Below, in pieces: positions 11,701 to 24,749 of a DNA stretch of 64,000 nt. The notes beneath the pieces are model-generated. The model was not told where the DNA came from, did not search any database, and saw nothing but the letters and a program-made list of their open reading frames with translations. Source of the stretch: Centroscyllium fabricii (taxonomy: Eukaryota); assembly GCA_051313645.2 (NCBI GenBank), contig JBNRSN020000003.1:359910001-359974000 (forward strand). Direction: 5' to 3'. Each line of letters opens with the position of its first letter. Position 1 is the first letter of the stretch. Both the position numbers and the translations under genes were made by a program.

Positions 11701-13025
11701 CGCTGTCGAACAGGCACACCACCTCTTGACCGTTGACTTCCACCGGCATCATAGATTTCTCCAGCGGTTGAGTCTTCCTCTGGTCGATGGTCATCGATGC
11801 TAACACAGGGTCCTCCAAGTCGTCTTGATCCGGAGAGTAGTCCTCCGAGGCCGCTCCCCAAGATGGCTGCCGCCATGCGGTGTACTGTGGAGGGGGAGGC
11901 TGAGTCCAAGATGGCCGCTGTTGCTGCTGCTGCCACGAGGGATGCTGAGTGGGGGATGGGTGAGCCCAATATGGCTGCTCCCATGTTCCACACGCGGCGC
12001 TGCCCGATTTTGATTTTATGCTAGTGCTTTTACCGACCTTCGCATAATGTCCTTTCTTGTCACATTTCGAGCAGATCGCTTCTCTAGCAGGGCAGCTGCG
12101 TCTTGAGTGCTGAGACTGCCCACAAAAGTAGCATTTGGCTGCCATTTTCGCGTGGGCAGCTGCGATTAGTTCTTCTGCCGGTCGTTGCGCCGGCACTGTC
12201 CAAGATTGCGGGGATGGGCCTGTATAGTTGCTGGAGTATGAAGATAAGTCCGTTGAGGCCCTATCCAGCGCATGCCCCAAGTCTGTAGTCGCCTGTAAGT
12301 CCAGGCCGTTCTGCTCCAGCAGTCTCTGCCTGACATAGTCTGATTTTATGCCTGTTACGTAAGCGTCTCTGATGAGGCTGTCTACATGGACCGGGGCCGT
12401 TAGCGCCCTGCAGTCACAGTCCCGCGACAGTATTCTGAGGGCTCTTAGGAACTCCACACTTGACTCACCAGTTTGTTGCTTTCTGGTGGCAAGTATATGT
12501 CTAGCGTGGACTATATTCGGTGCCCGATTGTACTCAGTCTTGAGAATCCTGATGGCATCCTGGGACGATGAGGTGTCCATTATCATGGAGTACACCTGAG
12601 GGCCCACCCGGGTGTTGAGGAGTCGCCGTTTGTGCTCATCGGTCACCACGACCGCTGCATTGGCTCTGAGGTACCCATTGAGCACACTGTGCCAGTGTGT
12701 GAAGGCGTTCGATGCTCATAGAAACATAGAAACATAGAAACTAGGAGCAGGAGTAGGCCATTCGGCCCTTCGAGCCTGTTCCGCCATTCAATGAGATCAT
12801 GGCTGATCATCCAAACACAGTACCCCGCCCCTGCCCCCTCCCCATATCCCTCGATCCCTATCGAGCCTCCATCGACACATATCCCACCCTATCCCCGTAA
12901 CCCCACATATTTAATCCCCCTAACACTAAGGGTCAATTTATCCTGGCCAATCAACCTAACCCGCACATCTTTGGTGATCGGGGATCCAATTCGAAAACTG
13001 CTGGCTTGAGCATAGTAGTATCCAT
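8774..13025 (-). CDS. Gypsy B single gag-pol polyprotein; N-terminus interrupted by a SINE
   Basis: Uninterrupted 1303-aa ORF (8774-12685) with zinc knuckles, LFDSGS protease, YLDN RT, RNase H and HHCC/DDE integrase. The true start MDTTMLKPAVFELDPRSP at 13025 lies beyond the SINE. Confidence 0.9.
12717..12974 (-). mobile_element. 5'-truncated V-SINE inserted in Gypsy B gag
   Basis: Matches the 3' part of SINE 7027-7438 and ends at CCAAAGATGTGCGG. No clear TSD. Confidence 0.92.
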
Positions 13026-14392
13026 TTTCACATTAGTGAATAAAATTGTGAGCTGAAATAACGTCCTCGGAGGCGAGTAGTTAGTTAGAAACAATAAGGC
13101 TTTTATTCACTACACTGGAACATGCACCAGTTAGTCGACTGTCCCCAGGAATGCTTGGGGGATGGGAGCAGTCACTTATCTACCTCCTCCAGGGAGGGAG
13201 GAGTTATGGGCGGAGCCAACCTGGGCATGTCCCAGTCATCACAGCATAGTACAGGTATAGTACAGGTATTTACATGGTTACATCTTAATACATAATAACT
13301 ACTATATACAGTGATAAACAGTTTATCACAATGGGCATCTATTCAACAGGGAAACCAGACCTTCATGGAAGTCCTTCTGAGTAGGACTGCCATTGCAGAT
13401 TCGGGTCCCCATGGCCCCCCTGATGTGCAGCAAGGTGCTCTCCAGCCACTTGCAGGCGCTGAGGGGGACCTGACCCATGAGAGGGAGGTTGGTGGCTGAC
13501 CTCAAGAAAGTGGGGGCTCCTCTCCAAGCACTCACACTTCCATGCCATTGCAGAGCCCTCGGTCAGAGCCCCACCAGAGTCCACACACAGGTGAGATAGA
13601 CATCTACACTCCTGCACAGCCACAGGAGCAGCAGAGTGCTGACGAGCCATCACAGCCTTAGCATCCCAGAGGACACCTGCCAAAGGTGTCGAGACAGGAG
13701 CAGCAGGAAAGTGAACCTGGGACCTCCACATCTGCTGAAGCCACAGGGGAATCACTATGTAGGAGCATGCGTAAGAGAAAAATAAAGCACTAATATTCAC
13801 AAGGGTAGTCACTTGGGTGAAATTTGATGTTTAATGTGTGAAGGCCATCAGCTGGTTTCTGTACATAAACAAATCTGATGGCAACTGCTGCAGTTGAGGC
13901 GTATCTCATTTCGCGAACGGGGCTTTAACTTTGAGGGCTTACAATTACTTGCAGTTGTGAGGCTGCTGGTGAAATAGCTAGGGATCCACAGGGTTCGGAC
14001 ATTGTAATTGCTCAGGGAAGAAGCAGCGAGGCTACAGTGTTTGATGCACAAGGCTAAGCAAATCTGCCCAGCATAATTGTGTTCCTTGCATCCCAGGCAG
14101 CAATGTTCTCGCGTACAGCTGCCGCTGGTTGATGGGCCTCTGAAGGATGTTTGTTTTTGCCCTCCTCCTCATCATCATCATCCTCATCTGAGGAGGGTAT
14201 GTGAGGAGCCACTTGGTTCTCAGGAATCTGCAAGCCACAACGCTGTGCCATGCTGTGAAGTGCACACCAAACCACGATGATTTTGGAGACCCTGGCTACT
14301 GAGTACTGGAGGTCTCCACCAGATCTATCCAGGCATCTGAAGTGTATCTTCAGCAAGCCGATAGTTTGCTCGATAATGCATCTGGTGGAAAT

Positions 14393-16502
14393 CATAGAGT
14401 CATAGAGTAATACAGCACAGAAAGAAGCCCTTCGGCCCATCGCGTCCGTGTCGCCCATCAATCCCAGTCTATACTAGTCCAATTTTCCCGCATTTGGTCC
14501 GTAGCCTTGTATGCTGTGGCATTTCAAGTGCTCATCCAAATGCTTTTTGAATGTTGTGAGGGTTCCCGCCTCTACCACCCTCTCAGGCAGTGAGTTCCAG
14601 ACTCCAACCACCCTCTGGGTGAAAAAGTTCTTCCTCACATCCCCACGATACCTCCTGCCCCTTACCCAAAAATTATACCCCCTAGTTATTGAACCCTCAA
14701 CCAAGGGAAAATGTTCCACTCCACCCACCTTATCTATTACCCTCATGATTTTGTATACCTCAATCAGGTCCCCCCTCAGCCTCCTCTGCTCCAAGGAAAA
14801 CAACCCCAGCCTCTCCAGTCTCTGCACCCTCTCCAAAGACATTACATCCTTCCTATAGTGTGGCGACCAGAACTGCACACAGTACTCCAGCTGTGGTCTT
14901 ACCAGCGTGTTGTACAGCTCCATCATAACCTCCCTGCTCTTATATTCTATGCCTCGGCTAATGAAGGCAAGTATCCCATATGCCTTTTGAACCACCTTAT
15001 CCACCTGTCCTGCTGCCTTCAGGGACCGATGTACCTGCACACCAAGGTCCCTCTGATCCTCTGCCTTCCCTGCCTTCCCTAGCGTCCTACCATTCATGGT
15101 GTATTGCCTTGCCATGTTAGACCTACCGAAATGCATCACCTCACACTTTTCAGGATTAAATTCCATTTGCCACTGTTCCGCCCATCTGACCAACTCATCT
15201 ATGTCGTCCTGCATGTTGCGGATTTCCTCCTCAGTATTTACCAACCCCCCAACTTTTGTGTCATCTGCAAACTTACTGATCATGCCTTTTACATTAATAT
15301 CTAAATCGTTAATATAGACTACAAACAGCAAGGGACCCAACACCAATCCCTGCGGTACCCCACTGGACACAAGCTTCCAGTCACAAAAACAACCTTCGAC
15401 CATCACCCTCTGCCTCCTGTCACTAAGCCAGTTTTGGATCCACTGTGCCAAGGTGCCCTGGATCCCATGGGCTCTTACCTTTTTGACCAGTCTCCTATGC
15501 GGGACCTTATCTAAACATAGAAACATAGAAACATAGAAGATAGGAGCAGGAGCTTTCAGGGCCTGGAGACTTATCCACTTTTAAGCCTGCTAAAACCGCT
15601 AGTACCTCCTCCCTGTTAATACTAATATGATCAAGTGTATCGCATTCCTCCAGTCTGATTTCAATGTCCACATTGCCCTTCTCCACAGTGAACACAGATG
15701 CAAAAAATTCATTCAAAACCCCACCTACATCCTCTGGCTCTACACAGAGATTCCCACTTTGGTCCCACTTTGGTTCCCTCGTTATCCTCTTGCCCTTAAT
15801 ATATTTATAAAACATCTTAGGATTTTCCTTTATTTTGCCTGCCAGGGTTATCTCATGGCCCCTCCTCGCTCTCCTAATTTCTTTTTTAAGTAACCCCCTG
15901 CACCTTCTATACTCCTCTAGAGCCTCCTCTGTCTTTAGTTCTTTATGTCTGCCGAAAGCCCTCCCTTTTTTCCGAATCAATTCACGTATATCCCTTGACA
16001 TCCAAGGTTCCCTGTGCTTATTGGTCCCACCCTTGACCTTACGGCGAACATGTTTCCCTTGCACTTTCTCAATTTCCTTTCTGAATGCCTCCCACTGTTC
16101 TGATGCGGACTTTCCTTCTAGTAGCTGGTCCCAGTCTACTTGGGCCAGCTCCAGCCTTATCATATTAAAATCGGCCTTGCCCAATTTAGAACCTTTATTT
16201 CTGGTCCATCGTTGTCCTTTTCCATTACTACCTTAAATATTACCGAATTATGGTCACTGTCCCCAAAGTGCTCTGCTACTGACACTTCTTCAACTTGCCC
16301 GTCCTCATTTCCCAGAATTAAGTCTGATACCGCCCCCTCCCTTGTAGGACTTCCTACATACTGGCTCAAAAAGCTCTCCTGGATGCACTTTAAAAATTCT
16401 GCACCCTTAAGCCCTTCACACTTTGGCTATGCCAGTCAATATTGGGAAAGTTGAAATCCCCCAATATTACTACCCTATTATTTCCACACTTCTCACTCCC
16501 AC
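14393..16502 (-). mobile_element. 5'-truncated CR1 LINE (end of EN, part of RT, 3' UTR)
   Basis: GVPQG, KFADDTK and FGDSDHN motifs; tail (CTCTATGA)n at 14393; TSD AAAT at 14389-14392 and 16503-16506. Confidence 0.93.
15513..15552 (-). mobile_element. 40-bp SINE/CR1 tail fragment at an internal deletion of the CR1
   Basis: CTCCTGCTCCTATCTTCTATGTTTCTATGTTTCTATGTTT on minus joins KSPGP directly to DKVPHRRL. Confidence 0.85.
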
Positions 16503-18174
16503 AAATGTGGCTGGAGTTGTAGCGCTCCTCCACTTTGTTGGCTGGCCTCCTCAACGGCGTCATTAGCCAAGTCCTCAGGGGATAACCCTTGTCTCCAAGT
16601 AGCCACCCTGAAGTTTGTCTGGCGGACTGAAGAGCAGAGGTACACTTAACTGGTTCATTATGAAAGAGTCATGGCAACTGTCTGGGTACTTGGTACAAAC
16701 ATGCAAAATATCCTTCTTGTGGTCACACACCAGTTGAATGTTAAGGGAGTGGAACCCCTTGCAGTTGACAAAAGTACCTGGATTGTGATGGGGTGCCCGA
16801 AGGGCCACATGTGGGCTGTCAATGACGCCCTGCACTCTTGGAAAGCCTGATAGATGAGCAAATCCAATTGCTCACACCCTCACACTTGCCCGATCCATGG
16901 TGAAATGGATGTGATTGTGCGCAAGGATAAAGAGGGCATCAGTTACCTGAATGTGCAAGTGTGTGTGGCCGACTGGGAAATGCCGCTGATGTCTGCTGCT
17001 GATCCCTGGAATGAGCCTGAGGCAAAAAAGTTGAGTGTGGTGGTGACTTTGATGGCCACTGGTAAGGAGTGTCCACCTGGTGCTCTGAGTCCCAGGACTT
17101 GCTGTAGCATTGCGCAGATGTCAGTCACTACCTGTCGCGAAAGTTGGAGCCGCCTTTGGCACTGCCGCTCAGTCATGTTGAGGTAGCTGACCCTGCATCT
17201 GTAGACCCTGTTCGGGGGGTATCTCCTACGCAAACGGGCTTCCATGTGCTGGCCCCTTCTGGCCTGTGCTGCCTCCGGAGGGTGAGCCTGTGGCTCCTGC
17301 TGGTGTTGCTGTTGCTGGTGCTGCTGTTGTTGCTGGTTCTGCTGCTGGCGCCTCTGCTGCTGGAGATCCTCTAACACCAAGAAAGGTAGCTAAAAATGGC
17401 CTCCCATGCTTCTGATGGATGCCTCCGCTGAGGAATCACTGAGTGAGATTGGCGAGAGGGCTTTCCCATGAGGTCACACTGGAGAACTGTGTGAGGCTGC
17501 AACCTTCCGCTGGTCTGTTTAAGCCTGGAACAAGGTGCCCCAAGCCTGAAACAGCTACGTCCTGCCAACTGCAAATGATGGCTGCTTAAAAATCTTCTTT
17601 TCTGATTGACCTGCTGCTGATAGTTTGCAGCTCAACAGTGTCCCCGCCAGGTTTCAATGACATGGTTCCCACTAAGCGTGTTTAACATGGGAAAAGGCTC
17701 AAAATAGCAAGGGGCCCTTAAAATGGCATTATAGATGCCAATTATTGCTCATTAAGGACCCTTTCGACCATCCCCACCAGTGGCGGGCGGGACTGAAGCT
17801 GGCCAATCGGACACGCCGGACTGAAACTCACAAGCTGGCGGGAAACCGGCGGGAGGGGTCGCGACCCCCCGTTTCTAGAATTTTGCCTCCCCGGCCGCCG
17901 AGAAAGCCACCTGTCAGCTCTAGGAAAATTGACCCCGTGGGATTTTTCTTGATCTGCGACTGAGTTAATTCAAGCAGATACAAAATCAAATCTAGTACAA
18001 CAGTTCCTTTATCATGCCTCATCCTTGTTAAAAAGTAAAACTTTTCAGTGCAGAAAGATCACTGTTTCTGGAGAACTGAACACTGCTTTGAAGTACATCA
18101 TTTCATTTTGTTTTTATTTTGCCAAAGATGCTAAACTTTTGGACATTTTTCTTTTCTGCAACAAAAAATAGAAG

Positions 18175-18290
18175 CTGCTGTGTGGACTCGCTCTCTGGAC
18201 CCCCTCTCTGGACCCCCTCTGGACCCCCTCTGGACCCCCCCTCTGGACTCCCTCTCTGCTGTGTGGACTCCCTCTCCCTCTCTGCTGTGT
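18175..18290. repeat. Short low-complexity tandem repeat
   Basis: Repeated CTCTGGACCCCC units, flanked by a duplicated CTGCTGTGTGGACTC. Confidence 0.75.
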
Positions 18291-19035
18291 AATATGGGCC
18301 TTTAATTCCAACTACTTTTAAAGCAGCCAAAAATAATTTCTTATAACCCAACTAAAAGCTGTGAAATTTGTGCATACTTACTCTGGTTTGACCTAAGTAG
18401 CATGTATGAAGTCTATATTTGGATCATTTATGTGTTAAGAGTTTTAGTGTGGGGATCACTTAGATGACCAGCATTGTTATGCTCCTCTCTTTCAGTGATG
18501 TGCACAGTGCTGAGCTCCACTCTCCGTACCGCGCCAACATCTTATTAATGTTAACAGGCACCCTGCCGGCTGCTGTTGGCCATCACTGAGAAATTAACTC
18601 TTAGAGTGTCATTCTTGCCATGTTATTGTTTCATTTGTTACCATGGGGAAACTCTACCCACCAATGAAGGAGAAACAAAAGAAGTTGATTCGCAAAGTCA
18701 TGGTTAAAACAAACTCATTAGCTTAATGGGTCTGTGAACACATTGCTTCAGTGAAAGCAGAAACCGAAAGAACCTGACTGCTACGCTTGAGTGCCTGCAA
18801 AATAAGACGTACTAAGTTAAGGGCTGACCACTGCCTGTGTATTTCTGGCGTAAAAGGGAGTCTGTTCACCGGCTGCAAACGTTTGTCTTCTGTTCCTATT
18901 CTGAGGAAAGGCATGAAAGAGTTGAACACTAGCAGAAAATTAGACTCATTTTTAATGCATTAATAAAACTTGGCAATTCAACTTGCAACGAATTCAAGGA
19001 CAAGCTGTTTGTGAGAAATGAAAAGCACCTTGACA

Positions 19036-20920
19036 GTACACCCATACATACACACACACGGATACATGTACACCCATACATACACACACGGATACATGTA
19101 CACCCATACATACACACACACGGATACATGTACACCCATACATACACACACACAGATACATGTACACCCATACATACACACACGGATACATGTACACCCA
19201 TACATACACACACACAGATACATGTACACCCATACATACACACACGGATACATGTACACCCACACATACACACACACGGATACATGTACACCCATACATA
19301 CACACACACAGATACATGTACACCCATACATACACACACGGATACATGTACACCCATACATACACACACACGGATACATGTACACCCATACATACACACA
19401 CACAGATACATGTACACCCATACATACACACACGGATACATGTACACCCATACATACACACACACAGATACATGTACACCCATACATACACACACGGATA
19501 CATGTACACCCATACATACACACACACAGATACATGTACACCCATACATACACACACGGATACATGTACACCCATACATACACACACACGGATACATGTA
19601 CACCCATACATACACACACACAGATACATGTACACCCACACATACACACACGGATACATGTACACCCATACATACACACACACAGATACATGTACACCCA
19701 TACATACACACACGGATACATGTACACCCATACATACACACACACGGATACATGTACACCCATACATACACACACACAGATACATGTACACCCATACATA
19801 CACACACGGATACATGTACACCCATACATACACACACACAGATACATGTACACCCATACATACACACACGGATACATGTACACCCATACATACACACACA
19901 CAGATACATGTACACCCATACATACACACACGGATACATGTACACCCATACATACACACACACAGATACATGTACACCCATACATACACACACACAGATA
20001 CATGTACACCCACACACTCACACACACAGATACATGTACACCCATACATACACACACGGATACATGTACACCCATACATACACACACACAGATACATGTA
20101 CACACACACATACACACACACAGATACATGTACACCCATACATACACACACGGATACATGTACACCCATACATACACACACACAGATACATGTACACCCA
20201 TACATACACACACACAGATACATGTACACCCACACACTCACACACACAGATACATGTACACCCATACATACACACACGGATACATGTACACCCATACATA
20301 CACACACACAGATACATGTACACACACACACTCACACACACACAGATACATGTACACCCATACATACACACACGGATACATGTACACCCATACATACACA
20401 CACACAGATACATGTACACCCATACATACACACACACAGATACATGTACACCCACACACTCACACACACAGATACATGTACACCCATACATACACACACG
20501 GATACATGTACACCCATACATACACACACACAGATACATGTACACCCATACACTCACACACACAGATACATGTACACCCATACATACACACACACAGATA
20601 CATGTACACCCACACACTCACACACACAGATACATGTACACCCATACATACACACACGGATACATGTACACCCACACACTCACACACGGATACATGTACA
20701 CACACACACACACACACACATACACGCAGATACATGTACACACACACAGACACATGCAGACACACACACACGAAGATACATGTACAGACACATGTACACA
20801 CACAGACACATGCAGACACACACACACACACACGAAGATACATGTACACCCACACAAACAGACACATGTACACACACAGACATATGCAGACACATGTACA
20901 CACAGACATGCACTCACACA
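19036..20920. repeat. CA-rich minisatellite (30-34 bp unit)
   Basis: Unit GATACATGTACACCCATACATA(CA)n tandemly repeated for about 1.9 kb, decaying toward the right. Confidence 0.97.
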
Positions 20921-23900
20921 CAAACTAAGGGTCTCTTTGTCTCTGTGTGTACAGCTGTCCAGAAACATTATTGAGTCCAAAAGTACAACACACTGAGTCT
21001 GCAGGCACAGGATGAGTAGTTACATTGTTGCTTCCACCTCACTTTAACTTCTGCTCAAACCAGTTCCATCTGTCACCTCTATGTACAGCGTCGTAGCCTT
21101 TGGCAAAGCAATGTCGAGCCCAGCTGCAGCCGCTACCTGTGTGTTCTGAGCTGAGTGTATGCTATGTCATCTGAACCGTGTCCTGCCAATGTCACAGAAA
21201 CTCCTATTTATTTGTGAAGGGATATTAATTCCAGGCAATTGAAGAGTCCCTTTGCCATATTGTCTGGACCTCGCAACACATCTAACAATAAACAACAGAC
21301 AAGCATACAAACAAATGTAGGCAGTTTGTCTTGAAATCCAATGAGCCACCCACTCACGAGAGTTTAAGTCCTTATACACACAAAGAGCTATTGCCAGTTC
21401 CCCACCCCCCCTCAAAAAGTCAGATCCTTGTCATTATATCTGAGTTTGGGGTATTGGTAGTGAGGAAGCTTCTCCCATGATGCAGCCTGATAAGGATTGG
21501 CCTACATGTGGCCCAGCATGCTGCTGCTGATGTTTCCTTGATTAGGTGTCTTATCTTCCACGAGCTGCATCAGATGAAGGCTGCTGACAGCGTAATGGCT
21601 GGGAAAGCATCGGACGGCTCCATAAAATGGCAGCTGTGTTATGACATGTCAGCCAGGACTTGGTGGATGGTGAGTTGGCAATGATAAGACTTTTTTTTGT
21701 AGAAATGTTTCCCCCCTCCCTTATTGTAACAATTGAAGTGTTATCAGTCGAAAAGCAGAAGTACACAATTTGTGAACAAATTAGAGCGATGATTCCGTAA
21801 CGCCTTCCCAAACCACTCGTAGGGCCAGTGTACTACAAGGCTTTGTCTTCTCTTGCACAGAGGCACAGGACCTTCTATTTGTTTGAAAGGGCAGACAAGG
21901 CATAATCTTTCTTGGAAAATATAAATGCAAATTTAACAGTGTGCTTCAAATTGGCGTGTGCGACTGAGGAGTGGGACCGTTTCAAATCAGAGCCCTCTGT
22001 GTCATAACTCTTTTGATTAATTGCTCCGGAGTTGATCAACTCACTTTTGGGTCAATGTTCATGCTTTTATTGACTTTGCTCACTGTCTCTCCCCACCCCA
22101 CCCCGACTCACACACCCCACTCTCTCTCTCCCCCTCTCTTTCTCTCGCTCAAGCCTCTATTCAATGAACTTTACTTGGACTGTGCTGCTCAACCACTCGT
22201 TCTGTATTCCATCATACAGCCCCACGCTTCAACTAATTTAATGTGCTTTCCTTTATAATGAGAACAGTATTCAAGCCATCGCTAATTAATACGCTGTTTG
22301 GCCTCATTATTTATTTGTTAATGAGGCCATGCATATTCAGCCTGGGTGTCTTTGTTGCTGCAGGGCAGCTTTAATTGTTTCGAGCTCACATAACCCCCAA
22401 AACAAAGTCCCGCTTAAAAAAAAGCAAGTTCAATTTTTACAGTGGTCAGTAGGAGCAAAACTTTTCTTCCTCGCACAAGCAATACATTACATTTTCTGCA
22501 TGCTTTCATTTGTAATTCAGACAATAGTCCCTTGTATACTCACTCTGATTGTAAATGAAAACCTTCTGCTGGCTGGCATTCCGTTATGAATATTAATTTC
22601 ACTCTTAGGCTTGCTTTGTCCAAAGGAGTAATTTCTAATTCCTTCTCATTGAAATTGCTTGTTTGCCTCGATAATTATTATGCTTACTGCATCGTCTGTT
22701 TTTTCACAATTAGTAATGTGTTGAGACAATGGGAACTTTATTCCTGTCCAGCGGGTAAGGAGAGAACAAGTGAGCTGTGCAACCAAGTGCCTAGGTGGAA
22801 TGCATCTCTCTGACTGTTATCTCCCTACATTGTTCTTGCAAAGATTAGCCTTGTTTTAGTAAATGCTGGAAGTTGGTATTTTGCAGTTCACGGATGTTGG
22901 AATATGGAGCATTTGTGCTTTTGGGTCTTTGATTCAATGCCTCTTTTTGCTTTGTTGTTTGCATTGGTTGAGCGTCTGTGTAAAACCATAGAAGACATGG
23001 AAACAGGGGATCAAACTGCCTGTTGCTAGTTGAAGTGCTCGAACAAATTGTTACTGTTCAACACATTTTTATGGAATTGCTCACGAACAGGCAATTTTCT
23101 GGGATGTAGTAACATTGTTTTGAATCCCTTGTGCTATGGAGATTTGTTAAGTATTTGGATGAATGTTTGGATTTTGTCTTTTCCTTTTGACAATGTTTAT
23201 CTTTGAGTTTTTCATAAAAAAACAAGTTTAACTGTGCATGTCATACTTTGGATGCAATAGACTTTTCTGAGATATTTGAAAGGTGAGAATGTTTGTTTTA
23301 AAGCATATGTATAATATTGAAATGACCTCTGTTGTAAAACTGTTAATACTATTCTGCAGACATCTTAAAAAGGTTTCATTCATTGTAGATTCTCAGCAAT
23401 TTAGTGCAAAAATTAACTTCATTATTTTCACTGAGAGTATTTATTTATCAAAAATCCCTTTATCAAAATGAATGTTTGAAGCGTCAATGTTGAATGAACT
23501 GCATTCATTCAGTTTATTTTAGACTTCTTATTCTTACGTAAGCTGTGTACAATTTGTGAAGTGTTTGGTTGCTTTTCCAAATTCACTATTTTCTCTGGGC
23601 TTGGCATTGAATTAATAAGTTTAGAACGAAGCTCCATTGAGAACCCGGGTGCTGCCCATTCGTACTAAGATGCTGATCTGTCTGACCAAACTGCTGTTAC
23701 AATACAATACATTTCAGTCAGCTACCCAGTTACTGTTGCAGGCTTTTGAAAAATTATTACTGTCATATTCTAATGATAAATCTCAAAACAATTGATAAAC
23801 CATATGCAAGTACTTGTTCATGTGTGTTATTAATAACAGTAGAAAGCTCAGATACAGGATCTTTCTATATTAATGAAATGTTTCACAGTTATGAGGATGC

Positions 23901-24749
23901 TTAGCCATCATTCCTAGGTTCTAAAGTGTTACTTTTTATCTGTTCTTAGTTCTTGAAGTCATACATATTTTTCCAATGAGTTCTATTATTTGTCATATTA
24001 ACCAGTGCCATAAGCACACCCCTTTCCTTGTCAGCTGCAAAGGACATTCAGCCCCAAGGTATCCATCGGCAAACTAACTATCCCATTCTTTTTAATTAAA
24101 AATAAATAATAATGAATTAATGAATGCACTGTTGGTAGACCACAGAAATATGGGAACTTTCTGGGATAGCACATCAAAATCTGCCCGCTGATTGGCAGAT
24201 CCTTGGGAAATTTCCCTATAGTATCTTTATACATTACATTACCTGTCAGTGGGACAATCCTTGTGGCACATAAACTTATTGGTGCGAAAGCAAATGACAA
24301 GAAAATATATTCTTCCACCCCATTCAAATAAGTGGCAAACTGCTAGCCAATTAAGCAAAGACCCAAACTGCACATTGTAGCAGATGTAGTTGATTGACAT
24401 AACTGGAGCTCTGGCATGGACACAAAGGCACTGTGCTACTTTTGGTATGAGGGAACAATTATGGCAGCTAAATGAATATAGATTGGGAATTTTTTCTCTG
24501 TCATCAATTTAGCACGATAATCCTTTGTCACTTCAATATTTAAAAAAATGACCATGCTTTAAATGATCAACTTGCTGAGGTCTATCAGGCATTTCTGTGG
24601 AGAATGTTCTTTGCCATTACATTCAGACTGTGTATTGCTTACTTTTAATTAACTATTCTAAATATTCACTGCCTTGTATTAATTAGCACCATGATGCAAT
24701 TTGTAACCACACCAAGTATTTAAGGTGAGATTACTAAGAATATAATAAC

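Larger units (their letters stand above)
8389..13330 (-). mobile_element. Full-length, young Ty3/Gypsy LTR retrotransposon B
   Basis: 284-bp LTRs at 8389-8672 and 13047-13330 with 2 mismatches seen, TSD ATGGG, and PPT adjacent to 8672. Confidence 0.97.
5914..13793 (+). pseudogene. Harbinger A Myb/SANT-type accessory gene (exon 5914-6073; last exon 7470-13793 split by a solo LTR and Gypsy B)
   Basis: The AG/GT-bounded 160-nt exon (EKRAHNNRERARTREGLPSIADLTPWEE) is homologous to exon 2 of Harbinger B and joins in phase 1 to 7470. The frame continues across both insertions (ELTTP|STSADT, FLEAR|WASIQQ) to RSMRKRKIKH*, with internal stops. Confidence 0.8.
14054..17380 (-). pseudogene. Harbinger A transposase (HARBI1-like DDE), split by a CR1 insertion
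   Basis: Motifs [36 protein letters not shown] and, after the CR1, STRCIIEQTIGLLKIHFRCLD. Several frameshifts. Confidence 0.9.
600..17936. mobile_element. Decayed PIF/Harbinger DNA transposon A, host of nested insertions; left end probably outside the window
   Basis: Convergent Myb/SANT-type ORF (+) and DDE transposase (-) pieces, and a terminus-like GGAAAATTGACCCC ending at 17936. The left TIR and the SANT exon were not seen. Confidence 0.75.

Noticed and set aside
18929-20996. Long ORFs (up to 661 aa) in all six frames
   Set aside because: They result from a stop-free CA-rich minisatellite and give low-complexity HT/CV translations.
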